Source: Sphagnum compactum (Eukaryota). From it: a stretch of DNA of 64,000 nucleotides. The notes beneath the pieces are model-generated. The model ran no database searches and was not told the DNA's origin. It worked only from the letters and a program-made list of their open reading frames with translations. Numbering within the stretch: the stretch's first letter is position 1; the number at the start of each line of letters is the position of its first letter. The DNA is taken from the NCBI GenBank assembly GCA_965153455.1, contig OZ234494.1, positions 4,154,001 through 4,218,000 on the forward strand. The letters are read 5' to 3'. Made by a program: the position numbers and the translations under genes. Below are positions 37,979 through 49,339 of the stretch, in pieces.

Positions 37979-39830
37979 AACTAAAATTTCACCTGCATCA
38001 ACAAAAACTAAAGGGTAACCGAATCAATTTGGCATTTACATTCGAGGGGGCCGTTACCTTTATTCAAGAAATTAGGGTAAGCGTGAGGCGTAGTAGTGAC
38101 GGCGGAACTTCGTGAGAAGCCAAATTTCCTTGTTCTAACGAATTTGTGAAGCCCTAATATCAACAGTGGATCTAAAAGTACATAGGAATCCTTGTAATTC
38201 CAAATTTCATTCTAATTACTTTATACTACATAATTAATTAGTACACGGTAAGGAATAACTAGGGAATGTTAAAAGAGTAAATGGTGCACGGAAGGGTTAC
38301 TACTACCATTGAATTGATTTAGTCAAATGGGAACTCAAGAATGTTTACTTATTACTACCGGTAAATTATCCTAGTAGTTAGTTACTTAGTATAATTAGGA
38401 TGAAAAAGTGGGATGTTAAAGTCGAACGGACGAAATTGACAATGATGGGGTTCAAGAACCCCATCAAGATGTCCAAGATAGGGAAAATGATGAATCTTCC
38501 AATTCCATTGGTCATGAGGATTATCATCCTATTTGATTGGAGAATGGAACCTTCCTCGTGTTTCATTGGGCATAAGGATTCCCATCCTAATTTCCATTGG
38601 AGAAAAAATCATTCTCCATTTTCATTAGTGCATGAAGGATGAGGGGGCCATTGATTGGAGGGAAGGATTTCCAAACTTCCATTGGACAAGGAGAATAAGC
38701 TCAAGGAGGGGTCTAGGAGGCTTACCAAGGAGAAAGGAGTATCTTGTGTTTTGGAGAAAGGAAAAGGAGGAGAATGAAAGTGTGAGAAAAATATTAGTTC
38801 TTATGTGTGGAAGGTTGTTGTTCATAGAAAATATGTGTGCAAACAAGAGCATGGAAGGAAGTTGTGTGTAGCAAGTACTTGAAGTGGAATTCATGGAAGG
38901 ATTTCCATGACAAAGCCTCTGGATTTTTATTTGAAATAGTTGTTCCTCTCAAATCCATCCTTGGATTTCTGTCAAACTTAAAACAGTTCTAGTTTAGGAG
39001 GTGTAGAAGGTTCTCTCATAATTTCAGCATCATCGGGTTTATTGTAAGGGAGCTACACTTGCCGGAAGTACAGGGGGTCGAAATTGTCTGTTTTTCTCTC
39101 ACACCTAGTCAAAATAGTTTTTAGCTCCGAGGCATAACTCGTGATTTTTTTTAAAAAAAACTTATAAGATTTTGTAACCTTGCTCCTCGTTAGATTAACT
39201 TTTCAAAAATCCAATGCATGTTAGATTAGGAGGTTGTATGAAGATGTTATGATGAATGGAGCGAAGGGGGTTCAACCATCAAACGTGACATTGAATGAAC
39301 ATCAACATAATGTTCCTTCACATTCCATCATGGTGAGTTATGATTCTCCCACAATGTCTTCGTATCTTCCAAGTGGACACAACACATTAAAATCTAAGTG
39401 AACTTCATTACATTACATTGAACCACCTTTACTTGTTGGACTACAACTACATAGTAGTTCCATTCCCAAGTGGGTTTTTTGTGAGTGCATATCTTCATGT
39501 GGAAGGTGTGCAAGAATTCCTCACATTTTGATGTGTCTGCCGGGAGGTGGAAATGTTATTCTAACATGAAAATAGTGTGGTTCTACTAAGTTAGTGGTGG
39601 TTCTTTTACAAGCTCATGAACTTTTGGCATAGGGGTTTAAGAGGAATATTGGAGTATGGAGTGAGCATCGACTCGGCGTAAGTTCATCACAAATCTAGTT
39701 ACAAGTAAGTTGTTTTGTTTTCCTTTTCTTTACATTTGAAATTTAGGTGGAGAACAAAGGAAGGAGCGCGGCTAGGCTTGCTACCTATGAGTATGATCTA
39801 AACACTCCTTCATTTCCTTCCTCTCGTAAT

Positions 39831-40163
39831 TCAATTGGGTTCAATTGAATGCCAAGGAAATTTTCCCACTCTATTGGATTGTTGTTTGGGAAATCCTTGA
39901 GTGTTATGGTAGTTGCTTTGAAATTTCATAGAAGTTTTTGTTGGTGAAGTTGGGTTGATGACCAACATGACCTGAGTAATGTTTGGTGAAGTCGAATTGA
40001 TCACCGGCAGGACCATGTTTTGTTGTTGGACCCTGGGGTTATTGGAGTGATGGCCCAATAATCTACAGAAGCTTTCTTGGTTGCAGGTTGAACACACAGG
40101 TTGTCCATAATCCCATGTCTCATCAAGTCTAGTCTGTCTTAAGTAGGAGGGTGTTGCTTCCAT
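39831..40163 (-). CDS. Hypothetical 110-aa protein, divergent from gag
   Basis: ATG-started ORF with CSTC....C....HH and an internal INSTSP/INPTSP repeat. No family recognised. Confidence 0.25.
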   Translation of the reverse strand: MEATPSYLRQTRLDETWDYGQPVCSTCNQESFCRLLGHHSNNPRVQQQNMVLPVINSTSPNITQVMLVINPTSPTKTSMKFQSNYHNTQGFPKQQSNRVGKFPWHSIEPN

Positions 40164-40427
40164 TCTAGACTTGATTTCACAATTTAAATATAATAAGTAA
40201 GTATATATATATATATATATATATATAATTTAAAAGAAAAGAAAAAAAGGATTTGAGTTAAAACTTAGATGTAAGGTGATGGTTTTTTAAAAAAAAAGCA
40301 AATAATATTCCGATGATAACTATCCAATGCAAGCAAAGTGAGGTCCTATGATATAACCAATATTAATTTACTTCATTAGTATAATGATTATTTAGATGCT
40401 CGTTAAACTAGGTTACAAAAAAAACTT

Positions 40428-43400
40428 TTGGAAATCCAAAGTCTAAACACTAATCAATTTAATCATCAAAATCCAATAGATATCCAAGCTTTGATTAGTC
40501 CAACATTGTCAAACCACATGGCTTCTCAATCAGTTGTTAATCAGCCAAACCCACCACCCCCACTAGTGATTAACCCACCACCGGTAATTAATCTACCGCC
40601 TCCCATCGTGAATCCACCACCACCTCCTAATCCAATTATAGATCCCATGATGTTACCAAGGGGGTTACCCATCATCATCTCGCAAGGTTTAATGTCAGTT
40701 ACCATGCCTGTAAATTTGCCTAAATTTTCAGGAACTCGAAACGAAGATCCAACTGCACATGTAGAACGATTCGTGTAAGTGTTCATTACGAGCTTGGTCA
40801 CAAATCCTAACTACTACCTAGTCTAGTTCCCCACCACCTTAAATGGTTCTGCATATGTTTGGTATAGGTCGCATAATGCCGGAACTTTCGCTTCATGGCA
40901 AGAACTCCAAGCAGCTTTCCTACGGCAATTTCGCCCTAAAGTGGGACAACAAAATGCCCTAATGGCCTTGTCAAATATCAGACAAGGTGCTGATGAAGAC
41001 ATAACTTCTTATGTTCGACGCTTTAGGGTGGTTTGCACCAGGTTTGTGGGCCAAATGCTCACTGATGACACCATAAGGCATTATTTCATTCAAGGGTTTA
41101 ACAAAAACTCTACCATTCAAGATATTTTGAACCGTCGCCTCACTACCTTGAACGATGCTATCACTGTAGCATTAGAAGTAGAAATCATAGATCGAGAGAA
41201 TGAACGCATGTGGAGGTGGGAAGAAAATTCGATTCCTGAGTTCATCCCATTATACCATCGACCTGTGAAATTTCAGATCAAATTGCAACCTAAACCGTTG
41301 GTCATGAAACCCCCAATCCAAATTGTCTTAACACCAATGCCTCTAGCAATAATGCCCCCATCGAAATCTAGTGGTACTAACCCACCATTAATGGAAATCC
41401 GGTTTGAGGAATTTTGGTCAGAATTAAAGGAGACTAATGAGGGATTTAAGGGTGAGATCATGAAAGCTTTGCAAGCCATGAGTGAGCAAATGTCTTGTCT
41501 TGTCAAAAATCAAGACCCTAACCTTTGGTCACCGCCACATGAGTCAGGTATGCATCCTTCTGGAATGTGGTGCACTACATGTAAACACGCTGGGCACATG
41601 GCCCAGTTTTGCACAATGATAGTCCAACCCCAAGTTCCACCTTATAGGCCACATCATCATGTTAATCAACCCATGAACCCACCTCAAGGTAATTCCCAAG
41701 TTAGGCAAAAATTCCTTGCCTGTCGCACTTGTGGGGGTAGACATCCAGGCACTTGTTGGGTAGAGTTGGGAATCAAATGTTCTAATTGTGGTGGCACTCA
41801 TCCTACAGATCGTTGTCGTAACCCAGACAAAGTCATACCATTGAACCCTCCTCCAGGAAACTACCAACAACATGCTAGGAACAATGTGCAAGGTGTTAAA
41901 CTTAATGTACCTTTTATGGATCCCAACCCTCCGAGTCTATTCTATGATCATCAAAACCATAGACAAACTCATCATCCTCCCACAACTGTCCAAACCAGAC
42001 AAGGTGTGATTGATTTGGCCCCATTGCAAAATCATGGACAAAACCATAATGTAAGGCTAGTACAATCATATATAGGCACCCAAGATGTTAGGTTGGTGGA
42101 CTCTAATCAAGCTGGTCCATCAACTATGAATCAAGGATATGTTACTCAGCAATCTAACCTAGTTCAAACCTCAGAGATCAAGGAAAACAAGGGGAAGATA
42201 ACTTTAGTAACCTCAACCTTGGCAGTCACAACTAGGGCTAAGACCTTGGCCATGCCTATTTTAGAAGAATCTTCGGATGTACCATCCGAGGATTCTCCTC
42301 ACTTTTCAAAGCTTGATGGAGTGCTTGAGGAAGCAAGGAAAAATGTTGAGAAGGTTAAGGCCAAAGGGAATGAACCTCCACCTCTAGAGCTTAATGATGA
42401 TGAGGTCTTCCAGTTTGTAAGAGATGAAAAGCTAGGGAGTGGAATGACACCTATACCAAGAGTCATTCATGCACGAAGTCATAACCCAGCTTAACCTTAC
42501 GACCTATGGGCTGACTTGTGCAATACCAAGGCCAACATATCCATTGCACAACTCATCCAAGTGGCTCCCTCCATTAGGAAGGAATTTAAAAAAGGAGCTA
42601 CACCGACTAGGAAGTCTAGAAAATTGGAAATCGTTGCAGAAGTTGAAGCTTCTACTTCTTTTGATGTTGGTCCTATTGAACTTGAAGTTGGGATTATGGA
42701 CAAAATCATCCCCAATGCATTAGTGGATGGGGCGAGTGGATTAAACATGATGCCTTTATCCACTATGGAAAAACTAGGCCTCAAAATCATTGGCCCTTCA
42801 CCCTATGTGGTGAACCTGGCAAATCAAAGTGGGCATATCCCAATTGGTCAAATTGCAAATTGCAAGGTTTGCATTGGTGACGAAGAGTATAATCTCACTT
42901 TTCATGTGATTCGCCTTTAGACAAAAATTAATGCTTATTCATTGTTGTTGGGTCGAACTGAGGCTACAACCAACTGGTCTCCTGATAATCCTAGTAACAC
43001 TTTTGGCCCCCCCACCAATCATACAATTGTGAACATCAAACCTAAACGATCTTTGGTTTCGGGGTTGGGGCAAAGGAAGGGTGTCATATCCAATAATGAC
43101 AACAACAAAAATGTCAAACCCAAGGTCACGTCAGCAGGTTATGTCCAACCTTTATACAAAGAAGCCCCACAAAAAGTGGACATTGGTCCCTTGAGATGTA
43201 TGGGCCCCGGGTTATATGATTGGACAGATGATGGTGAATTCACCACATGGTTGGCAAACCATCCAACTTCTGACTATGAGGTTTCAATTAATTGTATTAC
43301 TAAATTTTTCATTGACGAATCCAATGAACCTTCTATAGACCTTGCTACCTTGGTTGATGACATTATTTACGAAGATGTATGCCATCTAGAAATTGATGGC

Positions 43401-44078
43401 ACACAAATTGAGGATCTCAAAACATTGATGAAAGAAAAGGACATCTTACCAAATCCCTTGCATTTTAGACGAACATCTTCCGGCATTTGAAGTCGGTTAC
43501 AACCTTCCTATTTACCCACCTGTATCAAATGATTGGTATCATGGTCCTACTAACCCCATTCATGTGTGGGAGGTAGATTGGAAGAAGGTGGATGTCTCAA
43601 ATCCAGGAGAAGAACCTCGATTTATCAAGGTCGATTCACAATTGTCTGTAGAAGAAACCAAACAATATAAAACCTTGCAATGGAATATCCTGATATCTTT
43701 GTTTGGTCATATAAAAACCTCAAAGGAATTCCACCACAAGTTGCTCAGCACACCATTCCCCTTATTCCAGGTGCTAAGCCAATTCGTGAGAAGGAGCATC
43801 GTATGAACCCTCGATTACAATTGGTGGTCAAGGTGGAATTGGAAAAGTTGTTGGAAGCTGGTTTTATTAAGCCAGTAGAAATTACTGATTGGGTTTCTCC
43901 TATGGTATTGGTGAAGAAGAAAAATGGGAAACTACGAGTGTGCATCGATTATCGAGCTTTGAACAAGAACACTCAAAAGTACCATTTTCCCCTTCCATTC
44001 GTCAATACCATATTGGATGAAATGGCAGGTCATGAACTTTACACCTTCATGGATGGATATTCGGGATACAACCAAGTG
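40428..44078 (+). mobile_element. Ty3/gypsy LTR retrotransposon (non-chromovirus type) gag-pol, inactivated and 3'-truncated in RT
   Basis: Gag: LPKFSGTRNEDPTAHVERF, IRQGADEDITSYVRRF and zinc knuckles CTTCKHAGHMAQFC, CRTCGGRHPGTC, CSNCGGTHPTDRC. Protease: ALVDGASGLNMM...LLGR. RT: DIFVWSYKNLKGIPP, WVSPMVLVKKKNGKLRVCIDYRALN, HFPLPF, FMDGYSGYNQ. One frame runs 40428-43490 with in-frame stops (40776, about 40824, 42492, 42918, 43488), then frameshifts. LTR and PBS not resolved. Confidence 0.95.
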
Positions 44079-44479
44079 TCTTTTCCTTGACATTGCATTT
44101 TGTTGGGATCTTGATTACATTGGTTAAATTTTCTTCCTATAAATTGTCATTGCTTCCTCTTTAGTCTTGTTCAAATTAACTCATGGATCAATTCAACAAG
44201 GCAATCTTGACAACAATATTTTTGGTTCTTCTTCTTGAAATGAATTGGCTTGTGACAAAAACTCCTTATACCACATTGCCATTCTTCTTGCCCAATGTAA
44301 TGGATTCAAGCAATGCAACTTTTGCTTGCATTTTTTGCCCATAGACTTAAAGCAATGCAACTTCTGCTTGTATCTTTTGTACATTGACTTATAGGTTGTT
44401 GTGTAACCTTTTGATGTTTCTTTCACAAGGCTTGGGTGACTAAGTTAAACCCTATAGCACCACATGGTTTTCAAATTAT

Positions 44480-45050
44480 CAATTGATTGGATTGAAGTGA
44501 ATTGTTGGATACACAAGGTGCTTAAGGAGAATGGTTTCTAGTTTTTGCCATACATTGAAACCATTTATTTAGAAGCTAAATAAAAAATCATTATACCAAT
44601 TGAGATTAAAATCACATGTGGTAGATTTTCAAATTGGATCAAGGGGAAAATCTCTCACAATGTTAAAATTGTTTGTGATTGGGAGGCCAATTATCTATGT
44701 TATAATTAAGGAGGTTGTAGGAGCTTTCAATAGATTTTTCCGAGGCATACTTGTTTGGCTTATTGAAACTAAATTGCAAACAACAATGGATGAATTTGAA
44801 AAGTGGTCTAATTTGCCAAAGGTGCACAAGGCCATTGATGGAGTCACATTATAAATTATAAACCTCAAGGGCCATATGCATCACATTTACTTTTAACATA
44901 AGTCTAGTTATTATTCCATAGTTGCCCAAGCTTGTTTACAATAGATAGAAGTGATTCATAAACATATATATTTAATTGTTGGAAAATGTTAATGATATTG
45001 CTAAATATTGGCAACCTCTAGTTTCTATCATAAAATGCACTATGAAAAAT
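44480..45050 (+). pseudogene. PIF/Harbinger (DDE_Tnp_4) transposase relic, right-arm copy
   Basis: Fragments IPIEIKITC, FKLDQGENL, IGRPIIYVIIKEVVGAFN, MDEFEKWSNLPKVHKAIDG, KPQGPYAS, HKSSYYSIVAQA and LLENVND follow the Harbinger order P.E..VA.AL.RLA.G...GAIDGTHI...K..YSI..QA...PGS.ND. Confidence 0.75.
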
Positions 45051-45539
45051 TGTTCAATAATGCCAAAGGATCCTAAGATGGAATCAAACCCTACTTTCTT
45101 GACAATGAAAATAACCTTACATCAATTCAGTAATTTGATGCCATATAAGGTGTATTTTATTTTATTGGCATATTTTCGCAACTTGATGAGAATCAAATCC
45201 AAGGTGCAAAAGGTACAAAGGGTCTCTTTTGGAAACAATGGGCTAAAGTTGTCACATTATGAAGGGAAAAAAATTTAAAGTCACTAGATTTAAAGAACAC
45301 CTTCCAACTAGTTGTCAAATTATAGGAAGAATCCAAAAAAATTCTATTTCCCCTCTAATCTGTAGCCAAATTTGACTAAATCCTCTTATGCATGATCACC
45401 AACCCACCTATTTCACAAGTTTGAAAACGAAAATATTGATGAGGAGATTCCTAATCACATTATATTCAAGTTATTGTACAGTAGGCAACATAAGCACAAA
45501 AGATCTAACATTGAACATGCATTCAAAGTGTTGAAGCAA

Positions 45540-46170
45540 ATTTTCAAAGAATTATTCCATGTAAGACAAACTTGTATGTTAATATGATCCCAAATGTATT
45601 CATGTTTTGCTACATTTTGCATAAATTAATAAAAGATATAAGGATTAATAGGCTTTTATAAGTCAATGAAAATTATTGAAAGAATGTAAATAACTACCTA
45701 GAAGAATGGAGTCCAATAAATAGAGACCAATGGAAAACAACCACATTAAAAGAAATGAAAGCATTATTTAAAATTAGTGTAATGCTAGGGACAAGAAAAG
45801 TATGGCAAATAAAATCTTCTTCAACTAAGGATTTATTTTTCAAAGCAATGCAACTTGACTTCATGTTTGCCACCTACAACAATTCGTTTTGTCAATCATT
45901 CAATCAACTATTAATGCAACTCAACATTTTCTTGCAATCACTATAAACAAAAGGTGGCTTAAGGAAATGTGATTCAATGCAATTTAATTGTAGTATGATT
46001 TTGAATGCAATTCATTGTTGAAGGAATTGTGAACATAATTTATGTTTGATGACAACCAACCTTCAAATTTTCCTTCACTAGATGCTTGTCCTTTTGGATA
46101 GGCTTTTCATATATTACTCATAAGAGATTATAAATCTGGCATGCACCATATTGTAGTGTGTTTGGTTCGC
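45540..46170 (+). pseudogene. piggyBac-like (DDE_Tnp_1_7) transposase relic, right-arm copy
   Basis: Colinear fragments CKTNLYV (cf. ETN.YA), QWKTTTLKEMKALFKISVMLG (cf. W...T.EEMKAF.G....MG), STKDLFF, CEHNLCL (cf. region before DE) and YITHKR/YKSGM..VVC (cf. Y.P.KP.K.G.K...LC). Catalytic residues not recognisable. Confidence 0.4.
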
Positions 46171-47797
46171 CTTATTATCATGCAATTGAAAGTATTACAA
46201 TTGAATCAACATCAATTATCTTCTTGTTTTTCATTTAACTACAACAATTAGGTTTTTTCTCTAAGAAAATTCAAGTAATTGAGGAAAATTTTCCATTTCC
46301 ATCAAACTAAAAAAATGCATACAATTGATAGAAAGCATAAGGAACTTGATTGCTTTTTTTTATTGTTTCCACCATGGCAATGTGAATTGATAAAAAAATT
46401 ATCTTCTTTCATATGTTCCCAAGCAAAAGTGGATACATAATTAACAAAGATTTCTTTATTAATGAAATTTCACCAAAAATTGAAATTATAATTTGAAAAA
46501 AAATGATTCTAATAGGTTTTAATTGTCAAGAGGGCTGAAAAAAAGAGTTAAAAATCTTTAGATTCATATATTTGGTTTTGATTATGTAGCCAAAAAATAG
46601 AAGGATGATTAAAAATTTTAATTTTATTTTTGATTTATTGCCAAATTTGGTTAAATCTTCCTATGGATGATCACCACTTTAGTTAAAAATAAAGATTCCT
46701 AAAAAACTACTAATAATTAGTGTAATTAGTGCAATTAGTGTCATCACAATTGACAAAATGACAAGGGTGAAATCATGGCGAAATGCATAAATAAAGTACT
46801 TGCAAATATTAAGGTCTTTAATCAAAATGTTGCAAAAGTCAATTCATTTCAAAGCAAAAAGTATTTTTTAAAAAAACCACTAACTCTTAGTTATTGTACG
46901 TATTAAATGGGATTTTTTTTTATCTCAAGCATTTTCCATTTTTTAAATAATAAACAAGTCCATGAAACATTATAGTATAATTTTAAAAAACTAAACCTAT
47001 GTATGTACGTGATGTTGCACATAATTACAACTTAATTGTAATGAGGTAATAAATTTTCAAATGTTTCAAGTATGTATAAAGTGCAAAAATATGGTATTCA
47101 TTCAATTTATCTTTTAACAATGACTTTAATTTATTTTTTAACAAAACAAGTTCCATAACTAAATAAAAATATTTTTAAAAATATTCCATCCACACTTGAA
47201 GAATATGTTTCAAATATTCCTTTGCATATGGAATATATTGGGAACATTCTCTCTTGCTCTTGCTGGCTTGCTCATGCTCACACTTGCCTACTCACCAAAT
47301 AGCATTCTTGAATACCATGCTAGAGGTCTATGAAACAAATGTCTATATAAAATCATGAGTTTTTTTCCTAAAAAGGAAGCACCTAATGTAGATCTTGCCA
47401 AATCTACTTTCCTTTACTAAACTTGAAAATTTTGTTAGTGATCATGAATTGTTCATTTTACCAAGTTTTCCTCAAGCTAACTAGGGTCATTGATGATGGA
47501 ATCTGAAAATTAAATCAAGGGAAAATGAATCCTCACATGTGAATTAAAAGTACAAATTTTTTTAATCAATGTTCACATCTATTCTTGATGGAAATGGAAT
47601 ATCTTGTATGTCTTACTATGTAAACATGATGTCATCTAAATAAACAATTGGATTGGTTTGTATGCTCCATTTGCATTGTCCATTAAATCTTATGCATGAA
47701 CAATCAAAAGACTAGTTTTTATGTTATGTATGCTACAACCACATCATGCAATCCATGATTAAAGACATTTGGAAAGTTTATGTGACCTTGTTTGCCA

Positions 47798-48125
47798 GGG
47801 GGGGACACTAGTAAAAAAAAATAGAAAATATGTGGGTAAAAATATAAGGTGCAATGTATTGGTTGTTGGGTAAAAGTTATAAGTTAATTAGTTAAAAATA
47901 AAGGTATATTGTATTCAAAGAATCAACTTAATTATAATATAGGGTATGTAATAATCTGAAATAATGTAATGTGATTAATATAGGGTGGCTTTAATATATG
48001 CATATTAGAGAATTAGATAATAATAGGGTGATAAAAAATAGCTTGGATAATTATTTAATTAACCCCCTAAAAATGGTCGTTTAACGCACATAGATCTCAA
48101 ATTTTACACTAAGTGTCCCCCTCAA
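47798..48125. mobile_element. Putative MITE (Mutator-like?)
   Basis: Ends GGGGGACACTAGTAAAA and TTTTACACTAAGTGTCCCCC form an imperfect TIR. Flanks CTTGTTTGCCA (47787-47797) and CTTGTTTGACA (48126-48136) match 10/11. Interior is AT-rich. Confidence 0.45.
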
Positions 48126-49110
48126 GCTTGTTTGACAAGGACAACTACAAATAGTTTTTATTGGAACTTGTCAAGTTCATATAATCATAAATATTTTTTA
48201 AAATCTTTGTAAAAAGAACCCCATTTGCTTTTACAACATGGTCAATTGCAAAGGTGAGGTAAAGACTTTTCATTATTGTTGACATTCATTGTAATTTTCT
48301 TCCATTTCAATATTGTTGATTCAAATTCATATATGGGATCCATCAGCCTTTTTATAAAAACAAATATTGATCATCTTTTTTTAATAGCAGAAATCACTTT
48401 AAACCACTTCGAGTTTGCTTAGTGAGGTGTATGTGTATGAATTTCCAATGTTGAATCTAAACTAACCATAAATGTTTTCCCATTTCAAGATTGCCCTTTT
48501 ATTTTTACACCTTTTGAAAAATTATTTTTTAAGGAAGGGGTGAAAGAATAATTAGGAGGACTATTTGGATTGTCATAATCATGATTTTTTTATGTTGTAA
48601 ATGAACTTAAATGTAAAGCCATATCCAACATTAACATTATCAAATATCTAATTACCCATGTTGTAATAGACCTCAAGGGAAATTGTATTAAAATATATGG
48701 ATGATTTGTTTTTAATGATGACATTACATTTGTTCCAAAAGAGGACAAAAAGAAAGTAATTTCAAGAAAAGGTGGTATGTGTTATACAAAATACAATATT
48801 TGCTACCAACCGATATTGAATTATTGGTCATTATGGGTAAGTTTGAACCCTATCTTGTGTTGGTTAATGTTAAACCATATAGGTATGTTGATCATGTAAT
48901 CTTACAATTGGTAGTCAAATAGGTTAGTTAGGACTCAGAGTGTGGAAACAAATGATAATCTAAACACAAATCTAATAATTACACTATTATATTGGGATAG
49001 GATAGCAAAAGCGAGAAATCTATGAATGAAAAAGTAGATGACATGTCACAAGTTATATCACAAATTTACAAATTTCATGGGTTCATTCCAAATATGTGCA
49101 AAATTTGTTA

Positions 49111-49339
49111 TTTCATAGGTTTGTATTGTTTGAACACAAATGTCGTCATGCATTATTTAAACACAAAAGTCATGTGCATGACTCTTGTGTGTAAACAAAA
49201 CAAATAGACAAAAAATATATATTCAAACAATATGAATAGGCATATGACATTTGTGTTTAAACAATGTGCATGACATCAATGTTCAAACAATACAAGTAGA
49301 TGAATGACATCCGTGTCTATCTTGTACAAACCTATGAAA
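49111..49339. repeat. Foldback / MITE-like inverted repeat
   Basis: TTTCATAGGTTTGTA (49111-49125) and TACAAACCTATGAAA (49325-49339) are a perfect 15-bp pair. TTGTATTGTTTGAACA (49121-49136) and TGTTCAAACAATACAA (49280-49295) are a perfect 16-bp pair, extending imperfectly to about 55 bp. Confidence 0.7.
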
